Shown here: piece by piece, positions 17,084 to 28,329 of the stretch
Position numbering within the stretch: position 1 is the first letter of the stretch
Layout of the letters: every line of letters begins with the position of its first letter
Origin: Opitutales bacterium
GTDB taxonomy: Bacteria; Verrucomicrobiota; Verrucomicrobiia; Opitutales; JABSRG01
Direction of reading: 5' to 3'
Length of the DNA stretch: 64,000 bases
Assembly (NCBI GenBank): GCA_051117635.1
Contig: JBNPEH010000005.1
Coordinates: 42,389 to 106,388, forward strand
Made by a program: the position numbers and the translations under genes
The notes under the pieces: model-generated
Seen by the model: the letters and a program-made list of their open reading frames with translations, nothing else
The model's database searches: none
What the model was told of the DNA's origin: nothing

Positions 17084-17869
17084 TCAGTTGATGACGCCGT
17101 CGGTGATTTTCTTCAGCAGATCGGGATTCTGCCGGATGGTCTGTTCTCCCCTGGCCAGGGCGGTGAACAGGGCATCGGTCGTTTGCGCGGCGACATAGGT
17201 GGGCAAGTCAAAGTCGCCCGGCAGTTTGATTCCGGTCATTTGCTTGAGGCCGCCCATCACGCTGTCGCTGTCGGAACCACCGCCGCCCAGCGCGGCTTCG
17301 ATCCGGTCGACATAAGCCTCGGTCCCGGACAGTCGGATGGCTTCCTCCGCCAGCGGGGTCAATCGGTTCACCAGTGTTTTGCGGGAAGTTGCCTTGAGGT
17401 AATCGGTGGCAGCGGTCGGCCCTCCGTCGACAATTTGATCGACACCGGAAATGGGAAAATCACCGATTATATTCCCAAGGACGGGAATAGCTTTCCCGGC
17501 AAGCTCCTTGCCGGCCGTGTCCAGTGATTTGGAGAAATTCTTGAGGAGATCGCCCTCGCCGGCGGCATTCAGCGCCGAACTCAGGTCGGAAAAACGATCG
17601 GGGATCTGGATGGCGGGCTGATTCGGCTCCGTCTCCAGTTCGTTGGTCGCCCGCGCGGCGGCCTCCTTCAGGAGATTCCGGACGGCCCCGGTCTTTTCGG
17701 CAACGGTCGTGTCACCGGGGTCGGTGACCTGAGCCGAGGCGGAAGTTGATTGACCGCCGTCAGACGCAGACGGCTCAGGTTGAGTGGGTTCGGGATCCCC
17801 GCCACCACAGCCAGTCAACAGGCCGAGGGTGATGGCGGGCATGAATACGATGCACAAAAATAACTTCAT
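17084..17869 (-). CDS. DUF4197-like lipoprotein
   Basis: Lipobox LLTGC. DGGPTAATDYLKATSRKTLVNRLTPL segment typical of DUF4197 as I remember it. Confidence 0.65.
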   Translation of the reverse strand: MKLFLCIVFMPAITLGLLTGCGGGDPEPTQPEPSASDGGQSTSASAQVTDPGDTTVAEKTGAVRNLLKEAAARATNELETEPNQPAIQIPDRFSDLSSALNAAGEGDLLKNFSKSLDTAGKELAGKAIPVLGNIIGDFPISGVDQIVDGGPTAATDYLKATSRKTLVNRLTPLAEEAIRLSGTEAYVDRIEAALGGGGSDSDSVMGGLKQMTGIKLPGDFDLPTYVAAQTTDALFTALARGEQTIRQNPDLLKKITDGVIN

Positions 17870-18076
17870 TCCCGTATAGTAACCCAGGTCACTGGCAGGC
17901 GCCAGACTCGGTTGATAAAGGTCGGCCCCGCTGATGCCGGCTTCGACCGTTTACAATCCCGTCCGATATTTTGTCCGGAATGCCAGGATCCTCATATTGA
18001 TCCATGAGCGATTCGAAACACACCGTCACCATTCGCAGCGTTGAACCGCTGAATCACAACATGCGTCGCATTCGGA

Positions 18077-20089
18077 CTATGCATCCGGGCGTACCGGTAA
18101 CTCAACCAGAAAGCGGCTGCCTCCGCCGGAACGCGGCTCCCAGCGAATATCGCCCCCCTGCAGACGGGCCAGCGACCGGATCAGGTGCAGCCCGAGGCCG
18201 ACGGATTCCTCCCCGCCGGTCGGGCGGTTGGACAAGGGTTGAAACGGCAGAAACAAGCGGTCGCGATCTTCCGGCGGGATGCCGGGGCCGGTGTCCCAGA
18301 CTTCGAAGAAAACCGTGTCGGAGCGGGACTCGGCACAAAGGCCGATCCTTCCGCCGACAGGGGTATATTTCACCCCGTTGCTGAGCAGATTATTGAGGAT
18401 TTGCCCGAGCCGGGTCAGGTCGACGACAACTTCGGTGTCCGGCAGCGCCACTTCAAAAGTCTGGCCCTTGGCTGCAGCCACCGCCTTCCAGCGGTTGAGG
18501 ATCGTATCCAGACCTTCACGCAATCGGAAAGTCTTCGGGTGGAAGGAGACCACGCCCCGCTGAACAGCCGAAACATCCATTAGCCGTTCCAGCAGACTCC
18601 AGAGGTTTTTCGACGACACGCGCGCGTCCCGGAGCAGTCCTTTACGGGTGGTCAGGTCGGTCTCGGCCTCGACCAGCTCCAGAAGCGTGACCAGATTCCC
18701 GCTCAGCGACCGCAGATCGTGGGCGGCATAGCCCAGGAGCGCTGATTTCTGGCGGCTCTCCTCCTCGGCTCGCTCCCGAAGTTCATCCAGTTCCCGAAGC
18801 AGCTCCTCCATCCGGGTTGACCGCGACCGTTCCGCCTCCAGTTCGCGGCGCATGCCGGCGACCTCCTTGTGGACTTCCAATGCCTGGACGCGCCGGTGGG
18901 CCTCGTCGTCGTAGACCGCCTGCTCGAGTTCCCGTCCGCGGGACAATGCCTCATAGGCGGGCCCGGCATCGCCCCGTTTTTTGAGGAGTTCAGCCAGGCG
19001 CACCCAGGCGCGGGCCTGCTCGGGTTTCAACTCGGCTCGCTCGGCGACGGTCAGGCCTTCGCGGCACCAAGGTTCCGCCTGTTCATCCCCGGTGGGCGCC
19101 AGTTCCGCCAGCGTGATGAGCGTGGTGGCGATCCCCCGGTCATTACCGATTTGGCGGTAGATCGCCAGGGCTTCCTCCAGGCTTTCCCGGGCGGCCGTTT
19201 CGGCACCGGCATCCTGTTCGACCCGGGCCCAGTTCTGAAGAGCATGCGCCAACCGCAATCCGAGGTGGTGCTGTCGCCCCAGTTTGACCGCTTCCTCGGC
19301 AAAAAACCGGCCCTCCTGCCGTCGACCGGCTTTGCGGAGCGCTCCGGAATAGTTCAGCAGGACGGTAACCCGGAAGCGGGGATCCGGTCGCTCCTTGAGG
19401 ACATCGAGGGCCTCCTCGTAGTAAGCGAGCGCGGCACCGGGCCGTTTCAGCCGGTCGCAGGCCAGACCGGCGTTGATCAGGGTGGGTACCCGACTGCGTT
19501 GATCCTCGGCTTGCCGCCAAAGGGTCAGGCTTTCTTCCAGCAACTCGAGCGCGGCCGAAAACTCACCGAGGTAAATGAGGTCGAGGCCGGCATTGCTGGT
19601 CAGGTTGGCGGTAACGGCCGGATCATCGAGTTCCCGGGCCCGTTGCAGGGCCTGGTTCTGCCAGCGTAGCGCCTCGCGGTACTGAGCCTTCCGGCTTGCC
19701 ATCATGGCGCGGATATTAAGAAAGCCCAGTTGCTGCCGTAACAGGTTGTGCCGTTCGAGGAACGGCTGGTGTTCCTCGATAAACCGCGCGACCTCATCCG
19801 TGCGTCCCAGGTGCATCAACGCATTGGCGCGCAGCTGTAGCAGCTTTCCACAGGTCAGGGGATCCGCCTCCGGTTCGGCCCGGGCCAGCCCCGCATCGGT
19901 CAGTTCAAGCGTACGACCGGCATCGCCCGGAAACGCGGCATCCGCATCAGCCAGCAGTCGGTTCAGTGTGTGGTCACCGGTCGCCCGCGGTTCAGGGGGT
20001 CCGCTCATGGGGTTGCCTTGCTGGTGACCGGCTTTTCGTTCGCTACCGTCCCATCGAGTGCTGCCATGGGTGCCTTTTCTCCCACTCAC
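18077..20089 (-). CDS. Cytoplasmic TPR-repeat, coiled-coil sensor histidine kinase (no adjacent response regulator)
   Basis: TPR-like N-terminal about 400 aa. HisKA H-box LLGYAAHDLRSL. HATPase N/G boxes NLLSNGVKYT, DTGPGIP, GLGLHLIRSL. Alternative ATG at 20008. Confidence 0.85.
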   Translation of the reverse strand: MSGRKGTHGSTRWDGSERKAGHQQGNPMSGPPEPRATGDHTLNRLLADADAAFPGDAGRTLELTDAGLARAEPEADPLTCGKLLQLRANALMHLGRTDEVARFIEEHQPFLERHNLLRQQLGFLNIRAMMASRKAQYREALRWQNQALQRARELDDPAVTANLTSNAGLDLIYLGEFSAALELLEESLTLWRQAEDQRSRVPTLINAGLACDRLKRPGAALAYYEEALDVLKERPDPRFRVTVLLNYSGALRKAGRRQEGRFFAEEAVKLGRQHHLGLRLAHALQNWARVEQDAGAETAARESLEEALAIYRQIGNDRGIATTLITLAELAPTGDEQAEPWCREGLTVAERAELKPEQARAWVRLAELLKKRGDAGPAYEALSRGRELEQAVYDDEAHRRVQALEVHKEVAGMRRELEAERSRSTRMEELLRELDELRERAEEESRQKSALLGYAAHDLRSLSGNLVTLLELVEAETDLTTRKGLLRDARVSSKNLWSLLERLMDVSAVQRGVVSFHPKTFRLREGLDTILNRWKAVAAAKGQTFEVALPDTEVVVDLTRLGQILNNLLSNGVKYTPVGGRIGLCAESRSDTVFFEVWDTGPGIPPEDRDRLFLPFQPLSNRPTGGEESVGLGLHLIRSLARLQGGDIRWEPRSGGGSRFLVELPVRPDA

Positions 20090-20144
20090 CCGGCGGGTCG
20101 CAAGAAAAAGGAAGGAGCGCCCGGCGGGAAGGCTGTCGTCGGGC

Positions 20145-21296
20145 TCAGTGCGCGTGCGTCAGGTGAAACTGGCGACTGGCGAGGTCGGTGAGCTCAAGCC
20201 AGGCACGCCAGGCGGCACTGATCTCCTGCTTGTGCCGGCGAATCTCGATCCGCAGGAGCTGCCGCTGTTCACCGGTCGCCTTCTTGAGCTGCTGGACCTT
20301 TTCGAGCAGGGCGGCGGCGCTGGCTTCGAAGCTGTGGGCCAGTTCCTCCAGACGGGCCCGGACTTCGGTGGCCCGCTCGTCGATGTGCTCACTGAGGTGC
20401 TCGCGAAAGAGTTGGAAATCCTTGGCCACCAGTTTCCGTTGAATCCGCACCTGATTCACCGTCCGCAGCTGTTTCACCAAGCCGAGCCGGGATGCGGTCC
20501 AGACCAGCCATTTGGTGGGATCGAAATGGTACCAGCGGACGCCGTTCCGGTAATCGCTGGCGAAAGCATGGTGGTAATTGTGATAGCCCTCCCCGAAGGT
20601 CACGAGAGCCAGCAGCGCGTTGTCTACGGCGGACAATTCGCGGGCATAGGTCTTGGAACCGATGGTGTGGGCCAGGGAATTGATGAACCAGGTGCTGTGG
20701 TGGATGGCGAAGATCCGGAGAACGACCCCGAAATAGAGGGCGGTGACCGGCTCCATGAAAAGACAACCCAGGCCCCAGACCCCGAAGTTCACCGCGATGG
20801 CCAGTGGCAGGTAGTACTTGTGCTGAAACATCACCCGGGGATTTTTCAGGAGATCCCGCACCAGGTGGTCCTGGATGTCCCGCTTGTAATTGAACAGCCA
20901 CAACACGTGGGCGTACCAGAACCCCTTCTTGATGGAGTACGGATCCTTGTCCGTATCCACATGGTTGTGGTGAAGCCGGTGGTCGTGACTCCAGGCCAGG
21001 GCTGTCCACTGAAAGGCCAGCATGGAGCTGATCAGAACCGCCCACTCGTAGAAGGCGTTGGCCTGATAGGACCGGTGGGCGAACAACCGGTGATAACCGG
21101 CCGTGATCGACAGTCCGCCGATGACGTAGGTCACCAGAAAGAGCGGAACCGCCTTCCAGGAAAAAGCCGCCACAGCGAAGGGCAGCAGGGCAATCACCAG
21201 CAGGTGATAAATGGCAATAAAGGAGAAGGTATCCCAGTTTTTGATACGCATGGGTGCAGGTCTAAGCCGGAGGTTTACAGAGTGAACGGTTGGCAC
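20145..21296 (-). CDS. Acyl-CoA (Delta9-type) fatty-acid desaturase with a C-terminal coiled-coil extension
   Basis: Three His boxes: HRLFAHRSY, HDHRLHHNHVDTDKDPY, GEGYHNYHHAF. Alternative ATG at 21251. Confidence 0.9.
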   Translation of the reverse strand: MPTVHSVNLRLRPAPMRIKNWDTFSFIAIYHLLVIALLPFAVAAFSWKAVPLFLVTYVIGGLSITAGYHRLFAHRSYQANAFYEWAVLISSMLAFQWTALAWSHDHRLHHNHVDTDKDPYSIKKGFWYAHVLWLFNYKRDIQDHLVRDLLKNPRVMFQHKYYLPLAIAVNFGVWGLGCLFMEPVTALYFGVVLRIFAIHHSTWFINSLAHTIGSKTYARELSAVDNALLALVTFGEGYHNYHHAFASDYRNGVRWYHFDPTKWLVWTASRLGLVKQLRTVNQVRIQRKLVAKDFQLFREHLSEHIDERATEVRARLEELAHSFEASAAALLEKVQQLKKATGEQRQLLRIEIRRHKQEISAAWRAWLELTDLASRQFHLTHAH

Positions 21297-21481
21297 CGGG
21301 GGTCAGTCCGGTGCTCCGGCGCAGCCATCCATTGAGACAAGGCAGGACCGGTGCAAGGAGGAAAAGAGCACGGACGGGGCTCCTTTTACTGATACTGAGT
21401 AGACCGATAAGGGATGCTTTTGATCCCTTGCCGGCCGGATGCGAGGGTCATACCCCGCCCTCCAGCTTAAAAAGCTCCTCA

Positions 21482-21497
21482 ATTTTCATTTGAAAAT
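21482..21497. promoter_or_regulatory. AT-rich 7-2-7 palindrome upstream of the desaturase gene
   Basis: ATTTTCA tt TGAAAAT. It shares the half-site with the palindrome at 6348-6372. Confidence 0.25.
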
Positions 21498-21568
21498 AAG
21501 GTGCCATTCTCAGCGCCAGCCCTGTCGCAGCCCCTCAGGTTGGTCTCGAGGGCGGTGACCCGGCCCGT

Positions 21569-23392
<1,824 letters not shown>

Positions 23393-23634
23393 GGCGGCTG
23401 GGCGTGCAGGCAAAACCGGGGAGCAGAACAGGTTAGCCGCCGCCTGGCGAGAGAAACCGCAGGGCCGCCAGGTGTTCGGGGCAATGGCTGCGCAGGTGCC
23501 GGGGGGCGATCGTGGCATCCCCGTCCGGCCGATCCAAATCCATCAGAACGGAAGGATGATGGCGAGGCCGAGGCTGCGCAATGGCACCATGACCGCAAAA
23601 GAATGAACGGTACGCCCGGGTACGGCCGCAACCG

Positions 23635-23751
23635 TTACTGAGTCTTTTTTTTCTTCTTCTTGCGGATCGTTTCCTGACGGCGGTCTTTTTGCCGTTCGAG
23701 ATATCGCTTACGCCGCAGGCGTTTCTGTACTTTGTTCAATTGTTGGCCCAT
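23635..23751 (-). CDS. Possible small, highly basic protein (38 aa)
   Basis: MGQQLNKVQKRLRRKRYLERQKDRRQETIRKKKKKKTQ lies in an otherwise empty 450-bp spacer. No homology recognised. Confidence 0.2.
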   Translation of the reverse strand: MGQQLNKVQKRLRRKRYLERQKDRRQETIRKKKKKKTQ

Positions 23752-23845
23752 GCCCGGTATATGGCCGGTGTCCGGGGCACCGGTCAAGGCCGGTTGCGCA
23801 GGCGGACCCTCGACTCGCCTTCCCTGCCTCCGCCAGAATAGAGCC

Positions 23846-24220
23846 ATGTCCACGGTCCTCATCATGCTCGGCGGTGCCCTCGGCGCCGGTAGTCGTTACT
23901 GGCTCGACCGGTGGGTCAGCCATACGGCGGACACCGCCTTCCCCTGGGGCACCTTCGCCTGCAACGGCCTGGGATCCTTGGCTATCGGTATCGTATTCGC
24001 CCTCCTCGGAACCGGTCCCGAGCACGCCGCCTGGCGGCTTTTCCTGATGACCGGTCTGCTGGGCGGCTTCACCACCTTTTCCACCTTTTCGATGCAAACG
24101 CTGATCCTGGTGCGCAGCGGGCAACCGGGGCTGGCGGTCCTCAACGCCGGGGTCTCCCTCGGCGGCTGTCTGCTGGCCTGTACCCTGGGCCTTTGGCTGG
24201 CGGGCGGGCTACGCCTCTGA
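23846..24220 (+). CDS. crcB: Fluoride ion channel CrcB/FluC
   Basis: GGALGAGSRYW, FPWGTFACN, GLLGGFTTFSTF motifs. ATG at 23846 gives 124 aa. Confidence 0.9.
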   Translation: MSTVLIMLGGALGAGSRYWLDRWVSHTADTAFPWGTFACNGLGSLAIGIVFALLGTGPEHAAWRLFLMTGLLGGFTTFSTFSMQTLILVRSGQPGLAVLNAGVSLGGCLLACTLGLWLAGGLRL

Positions 24221-25642
24221 CTCGCCCAGAAAGTCCGGCAACCAGGCGGCCAGGGCTTCGGCGGCCGCCCGTTCGGTTTCCTCCAGGGCAGCGGATTGAT
24301 CCCGGGCGGCCTGTCGACTCAGCGCCGCGATCTGGCGCACGAGGGAGTCGGGCAGCTGTCGCGACGGATTATTCGCCCGGACCGGTGCCGCTTCGGTTTC
24401 TTCGGGACCACCGGACAGATTGCGTCGGGCGTGTGACCAATGGGCCAGCGCATCCAGAAGGATGAGGCCCCGGTCCAGCAGGATGAAAGGGAATTGCGGA
24501 TTGTGGTTGGGCCCGAGAGCGAGTTCACGACCGCCCAAGGGGATTTTCTGGACCTGCACGGAAGCCAGTCGCTGGCCCTGGGTCCAGACACCGGCGGCGC
24601 CGGCGACCGCACCCACGGCTGCCCAGAGACCGAGCGAAACGCCGCCGAAGATGGCGTCCCCGGCCGCGCCGGTCACCGCACCGCCGACCGCCCCCGCCCA
24701 GGTGAGTTGCCGCTTATCGAGACCGAGAAAAGACCAGGTGCGCCGGGAGAACAGGTCATCATTCAGCACCCGCTCCTCGGGGAGCTGCGGTTGAAAGACC
24801 CGGTGCCGGAACAACCGGCAAAGGGTCTCGCGGGTCCCCCGTTCAAACCGGCGCAGGTCGTCCTGATAACGCTTGTCCAATTGATCCCGCAGCTTCGCCT
24901 CGTGCCGGGGATCCTCCGGCAGGGGGCCGGTCACCCGGTGGGCGCAGGCCTGGCGGACCAGGGCGACCAGCTCGCCGGCGGCCAACCGCAGGCGTTCCGC
25001 CCGCTCCTCGCGCATCAGGGTGATAGCCGTGTCGAGATCCCTTGCCCAGTCCGGGTCGATCGCCTTCAGTGCCTCCAGCAGTCCGATGCGCTCAGGATAG
25101 GCGGCCTGGTGGGCGTTGAAGACCCGAAGCGCGTTGAATTGCTGCCGGAACGCGGTTTTCCAATCTTCGAGGTAACGCTCTTCGGGGGTCTTGGCGTTGA
25201 TGACGGCCAGGCGGGGAAGTCCGGTCCGGCGCAGGATTTCCATTTCAGTGCGATCCATAGCTCGGACCGGCCGCGAAGCATCCACCACGTAAAGGAGGGC
25301 CGTTCCGGCCGCGACCGGCTTGAGTAGTTCGACATCCAGCGCGTAGCGTTCATCCGAAGCCTTGGCCCGCCGGAAAGCCGCGATGCCTTCCGGCCCCTCC
25401 ACCCCATGGTCCTCCAACCAGGCGAGTACCCCCTCCGGGTGCTCGAAACCCGGTGTATCCACAAAACGGATAACCGCCTTCCCCCCGGCCTCCACCGTGT
25501 AGGGCAGGCAGGCCCGGGTCGTCCCGGGCGTGCGATCCACCCCGATCCGGTCGTCCTCCACCAGCGTGGACAAGACGGAGGATTTCCCCTCGTTCGGGTG
25601 ACCCAGCACCGCAAAGACGGGTAATGTGCCCGGCTCGCTCAT
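24209..25642 (-). CDS. Membrane-anchored P-loop GTPase (GTPase/DUF3482-like)
   Basis: G1 GHPNEGKSS, G3 DTPG. Glycine-zipper membrane segment GAVGGAVTGAAGDAIFGGVSLGLWAAVGAVAGAAGVW. ATGA overlap with the upstream gene. Confidence 0.8.
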   Translation of the reverse strand: MSEPGTLPVFAVLGHPNEGKSSVLSTLVEDDRIGVDRTPGTTRACLPYTVEAGGKAVIRFVDTPGFEHPEGVLAWLEDHGVEGPEGIAAFRRAKASDERYALDVELLKPVAAGTALLYVVDASRPVRAMDRTEMEILRRTGLPRLAVINAKTPEERYLEDWKTAFRQQFNALRVFNAHQAAYPERIGLLEALKAIDPDWARDLDTAITLMREERAERLRLAAGELVALVRQACAHRVTGPLPEDPRHEAKLRDQLDKRYQDDLRRFERGTRETLCRLFRHRVFQPQLPEERVLNDDLFSRRTWSFLGLDKRQLTWAGAVGGAVTGAAGDAIFGGVSLGLWAAVGAVAGAAGVWTQGQRLASVQVQKIPLGGRELALGPNHNPQFPFILLDRGLILLDALAHWSHARRNLSGGPEETEAAPVRANNPSRQLPDSLVRQIAALSRQAARDQSAALEETERAAAEALAAWLPDFLGESEA

Positions 25643-27198
25643 GCGGTCGAAGCGGTTGCCGCGGGTGCCCAGGGTTCCACGATAATGCGGGACAAACCGG
25701 CATCGGCGACCCGGTCGCGCCAGACAGCGAGATCGGCCGGATCGGGAGGGGTCAATCCCGGCAGCGCGGACCGACCGGGATCGGGGCGCCCCGTCAGGAT
25801 CAGGAGGCAGGGGCCGGATACCGATGCCTGCCAGCGACCCAGCGCTTCCAGGTGCTCGCGAACCGGGGGCTGCCAGGCTTCCATCAGGCGTACCACGGCA
25901 GGCCCCTCGGGCCCGGCGGAGGCAGCAGCCGCCTCTATTTCCAGACCGGCTACGTCCAGCGAAGCCGTGAGGGTACGATGAAGCGCCTCCGCATCCTGCT
26001 CGTCCAACCAGTCGGGATCCACCCGGACGGTGACCGGTCCATCAAAGTAATTGCCCAACCCGGACCGCCGCTCGCGCTGATCGGCCGGTCCGCTGGGGAT
26101 CCTGGAGGGTCCGGTGGCCGCAGCCTCTCCACGGAAGAGGTTGACGGGGGTGGCCAGGGCGGCGTCAAGCCGCAGGCAATCGGTATTGTCGAGAGTCGGG
26201 CACCGGGCCAGCCGGCGAGCCCGCCAGCCGGTGACGACGGCTAGCACCAGCCGGGGCAGGAGACCATAGACCAGGACCGACATCAGGATAAAGGGCCACC
26301 AGGCGGAGAGAGCCTGCGTATCCAAAGCATCAATACCCTGCTGCACCACGAAGCGACTGCCCTGCACGGTGCTCAGGTCGGGAGCCGCCGCTGGCAACCA
26401 GTCTCTCCAGGGCAGGCTGACTGCCTGGACAAGCCGGTGCATGGTGTCGGCCTCCCGGATCAGCGTCGATTCCCAGCCGAAGGCGCGGTCGGTCACGGCC
26501 AGCGCAATGACGAGCGCCAGCAAGACCCCCGCATTAAAGGCCACCCCGGCGGCATGCAACCGGGCGAGCACCGCTCGCGCGAGCGTCCGCCGGTGGAGCG
26601 ACCAACGACGGCGGAACCAGGACCAGAAGGCGGCGAAGTCATCATTCTCGACGGATCCGCCCTCCTGCCGGACCCGACGCAGGAGCAACCAGCGCCAGAT
26701 CCCGCCCAGGGTTTCGAAAGCGAAGCTGCCGGTCCGGCCGGGGGCGTCCTGTCGACCCCGTCGCCGCAGGGCCTGGACCAGAAACAAGGCCAGCAACCAC
26801 ACCAGTTGAAGCCCCACCAGACCCGCCCAGACAAGCGTGATGTTGGCGGGGGAGTCGCCTTCGTAGGCGATCAGGCCCAGGGCAAGCAAGGCGCCCGAAA
26901 CGGCGCTGAAACCCAGCGCCAGCAAACCGACGCGGTCGAGCAAATCCTCTGCCGGGCGGCCGGGCCAGACCAGGTCACGGTGTTCGGCCTGCTGCGCGGA
27001 CAACCAGCCGGACAGGCGACCCCGGCGGCTGGTTTCGCCGGTCGACCAGCCGGAGGGCACGCGCTCGATGGCCCCGCGCTCGATCCGGAAAAGGGCATAC
27101 TCCAGATCAATCAACCGGGCGAGGGACCAGGGGACAGAAGACGGTTCGGGCGGCACGGAGCCTAGTGTTGGGCGGAGCCGGAGCCCCTGCAAGCGCAA
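25639..27198 (-). CDS. Polytopic membrane protein (DUF2868-like), partner of the GTPase
   Basis: At least four hydrophobic helices and a soluble C-terminal region. The only start at the 5' end is a TTG, so the start is uncertain. Confidence 0.7.
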   Translation of the reverse strand: MRLQGLRLRPTLGSVPPEPSSVPWSLARLIDLEYALFRIERGAIERVPSGWSTGETSRRGRLSGWLSAQQAEHRDLVWPGRPAEDLLDRVGLLALGFSAVSGALLALGLIAYEGDSPANITLVWAGLVGLQLVWLLALFLVQALRRRGRQDAPGRTGSFAFETLGGIWRWLLLRRVRQEGGSVENDDFAAFWSWFRRRWSLHRRTLARAVLARLHAAGVAFNAGVLLALVIALAVTDRAFGWESTLIREADTMHRLVQAVSLPWRDWLPAAAPDLSTVQGSRFVVQQGIDALDTQALSAWWPFILMSVLVYGLLPRLVLAVVTGWRARRLARCPTLDNTDCLRLDAALATPVNLFRGEAAATGPSRIPSGPADQRERRSGLGNYFDGPVTVRVDPDWLDEQDAEALHRTLTASLDVAGLEIEAAAASAGPEGPAVVRLMEAWQPPVREHLEALGRWQASVSGPCLLILTGRPDPGRSALPGLTPPDPADLAVWRDRVADAGLSRIIVEPWAPAATASTA

Positions 27199-27324
27199 GC
27201 CCGGGAAGCAACCCCATGGATAAAATCGGGCGGCAGGGAAGGACCGGCTTGCTGACTTATCTTCAGTTTGTTAAGGAGATTAAAGAAACGGGTTATTAAT
27301 AATAACATATCAACAGCTATCCTT

Positions 27325-28329
27325 ATGTCGTTCCTCCTTGCTCCGGATTGTGTGGTGAATGGTGCGCCCGGCCCGACCGTATCCGTGGTCCCTAGTCCCG
27401 GGCTCCTTTCCGCCCCGGGTCTGGGTCTGTTTCTGGCCGGCCTCCTGCTGGGAGCCCTTGCCATGGTCAGCGGTTGGCTGTTCTGGCAAAGGAGAAAGGG
27501 CTCGGTTCATGCCAGCGAGGTCGATTTCTCCCGGGCATTGCGGGGCGAACCCTCCCCCGCGGTCGACCCTCAGGAAGCGGTCGCCCTGATCGCACACGAA
27601 CTCAGGAATCCGCTCAACCCGGTCATCGGTATGGGCGAGGTCATCAGCGAAACCGCCCGGGAGGAGCACATCCGCAAGCTTGGTCAGAACATCCTGGAAT
27701 CGGGCAAGGACCTGAAGAAGCTGATCGACAGCATGCTGGACTACACACGGGTTCAACAAGGCAAAATCGAGCTGCGGCCCCGGTCGGTCAACCTGTACCG
27801 GTTACTGGAAGGGCTGATCGAAATTCATCGAAAAGAGGCCGAGCATCGCGGGCTGACACTCAGGCTGGTTGTTCAGGACACGCTGCCCGAGAAGATTCGA
27901 ACCGACCCGGAGCGCCTGCGACAGGTCGTCAGCAACCTGCTGACCAATGCACTCAAATACACCAACACCGGCGGAATCTCGGTGGAGGCCAGGGCGGGCA
28001 CCCGGCCGGCGAGCCAACCGGGCTTCGGCCCCGGCACACCCTTCTGGCTCAGTATCACCGTTTCGGATACAGGAATTGGTATTCCAGAGGATGATGCCGA
28101 GCGCTTGTTGGAGCCTTTCTACCGAAGTGACGAGGCCAGACGATCCGGAGTGGAGGGAACCGGCCTCGGTCTGGCCATCTGCAACGAGATCATCAAGGCG
28201 ATGCAGGGCATCCTGACGCTCGCGCCGGGGGAATCCGGCGGCACGGTCGCCCGGGTTCAATTGCCTGTGCTGGCCAGCCCCCGGCTCAGGAGTGAACGAT
28301 CCGGAGACAATCCCGAAAGGCAGCATTGA
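27325..28329 (+). CDS. Membrane-anchored sensor histidine kinase
   Basis: One TM segment (GLGLFLAGLLLGALAMVSGWLFW). H-box LIAHELRNPLN. HATPase NLLTNALKYT, DTGIGIP, GTGLGLAI. Preceded by an AT-rich region (27240-27324). Confidence 0.85.
   Translation: MSFLLAPDCVVNGAPGPTVSVVPSPGLLSAPGLGLFLAGLLLGALAMVSGWLFWQRRKGSVHASEVDFSRALRGEPSPAVDPQEAVALIAHELRNPLNPVIGMGEVISETAREEHIRKLGQNILESGKDLKKLIDSMLDYTRVQQGKIELRPRSVNLYRLLEGLIEIHRKEAEHRGLTLRLVVQDTLPEKIRTDPERLRQVVSNLLTNALKYTNTGGISVEARAGTRPASQPGFGPGTPFWLSITVSDTGIGIPEDDAERLLEPFYRSDEARRSGVEGTGLGLAICNEIIKAMQGILTLAPGESGGTVARVQLPVLASPRLRSERSGDNPERQH

Noticed and set aside
18004-18076. Possible N-terminal remnant of a ferredoxin-reductase-type FAD-binding oxidoreductase (MSDSKHTVTIRSVEPLNHNMRRIR...)
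   Set aside because: Only about 25 residues resemble the family before the frame runs antisense into the histidine kinase gene. That is too short to support a pseudogene call without a database search.
21297-21568. tRNA or other small RNA gene in the typA/desaturase spacer (hairpin aagggat-gcttttg-atccctt at 21409-21429)
   Set aside because: There is no T-loop or acceptor-stem pattern. It is a single short hairpin without a U-tract, so the evidence is insufficient.
23752-23845. Fluoride (crcB-motif) riboswitch upstream of crcB
   Set aside because: I looked for the conserved GGnGAUGG...AACCGCC...CUGAUGAU-type core and did not find it. Only generic GC hairpins (ccggtg-tccgggg-caccgg) are present. 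An Rfam scan would be decisive.
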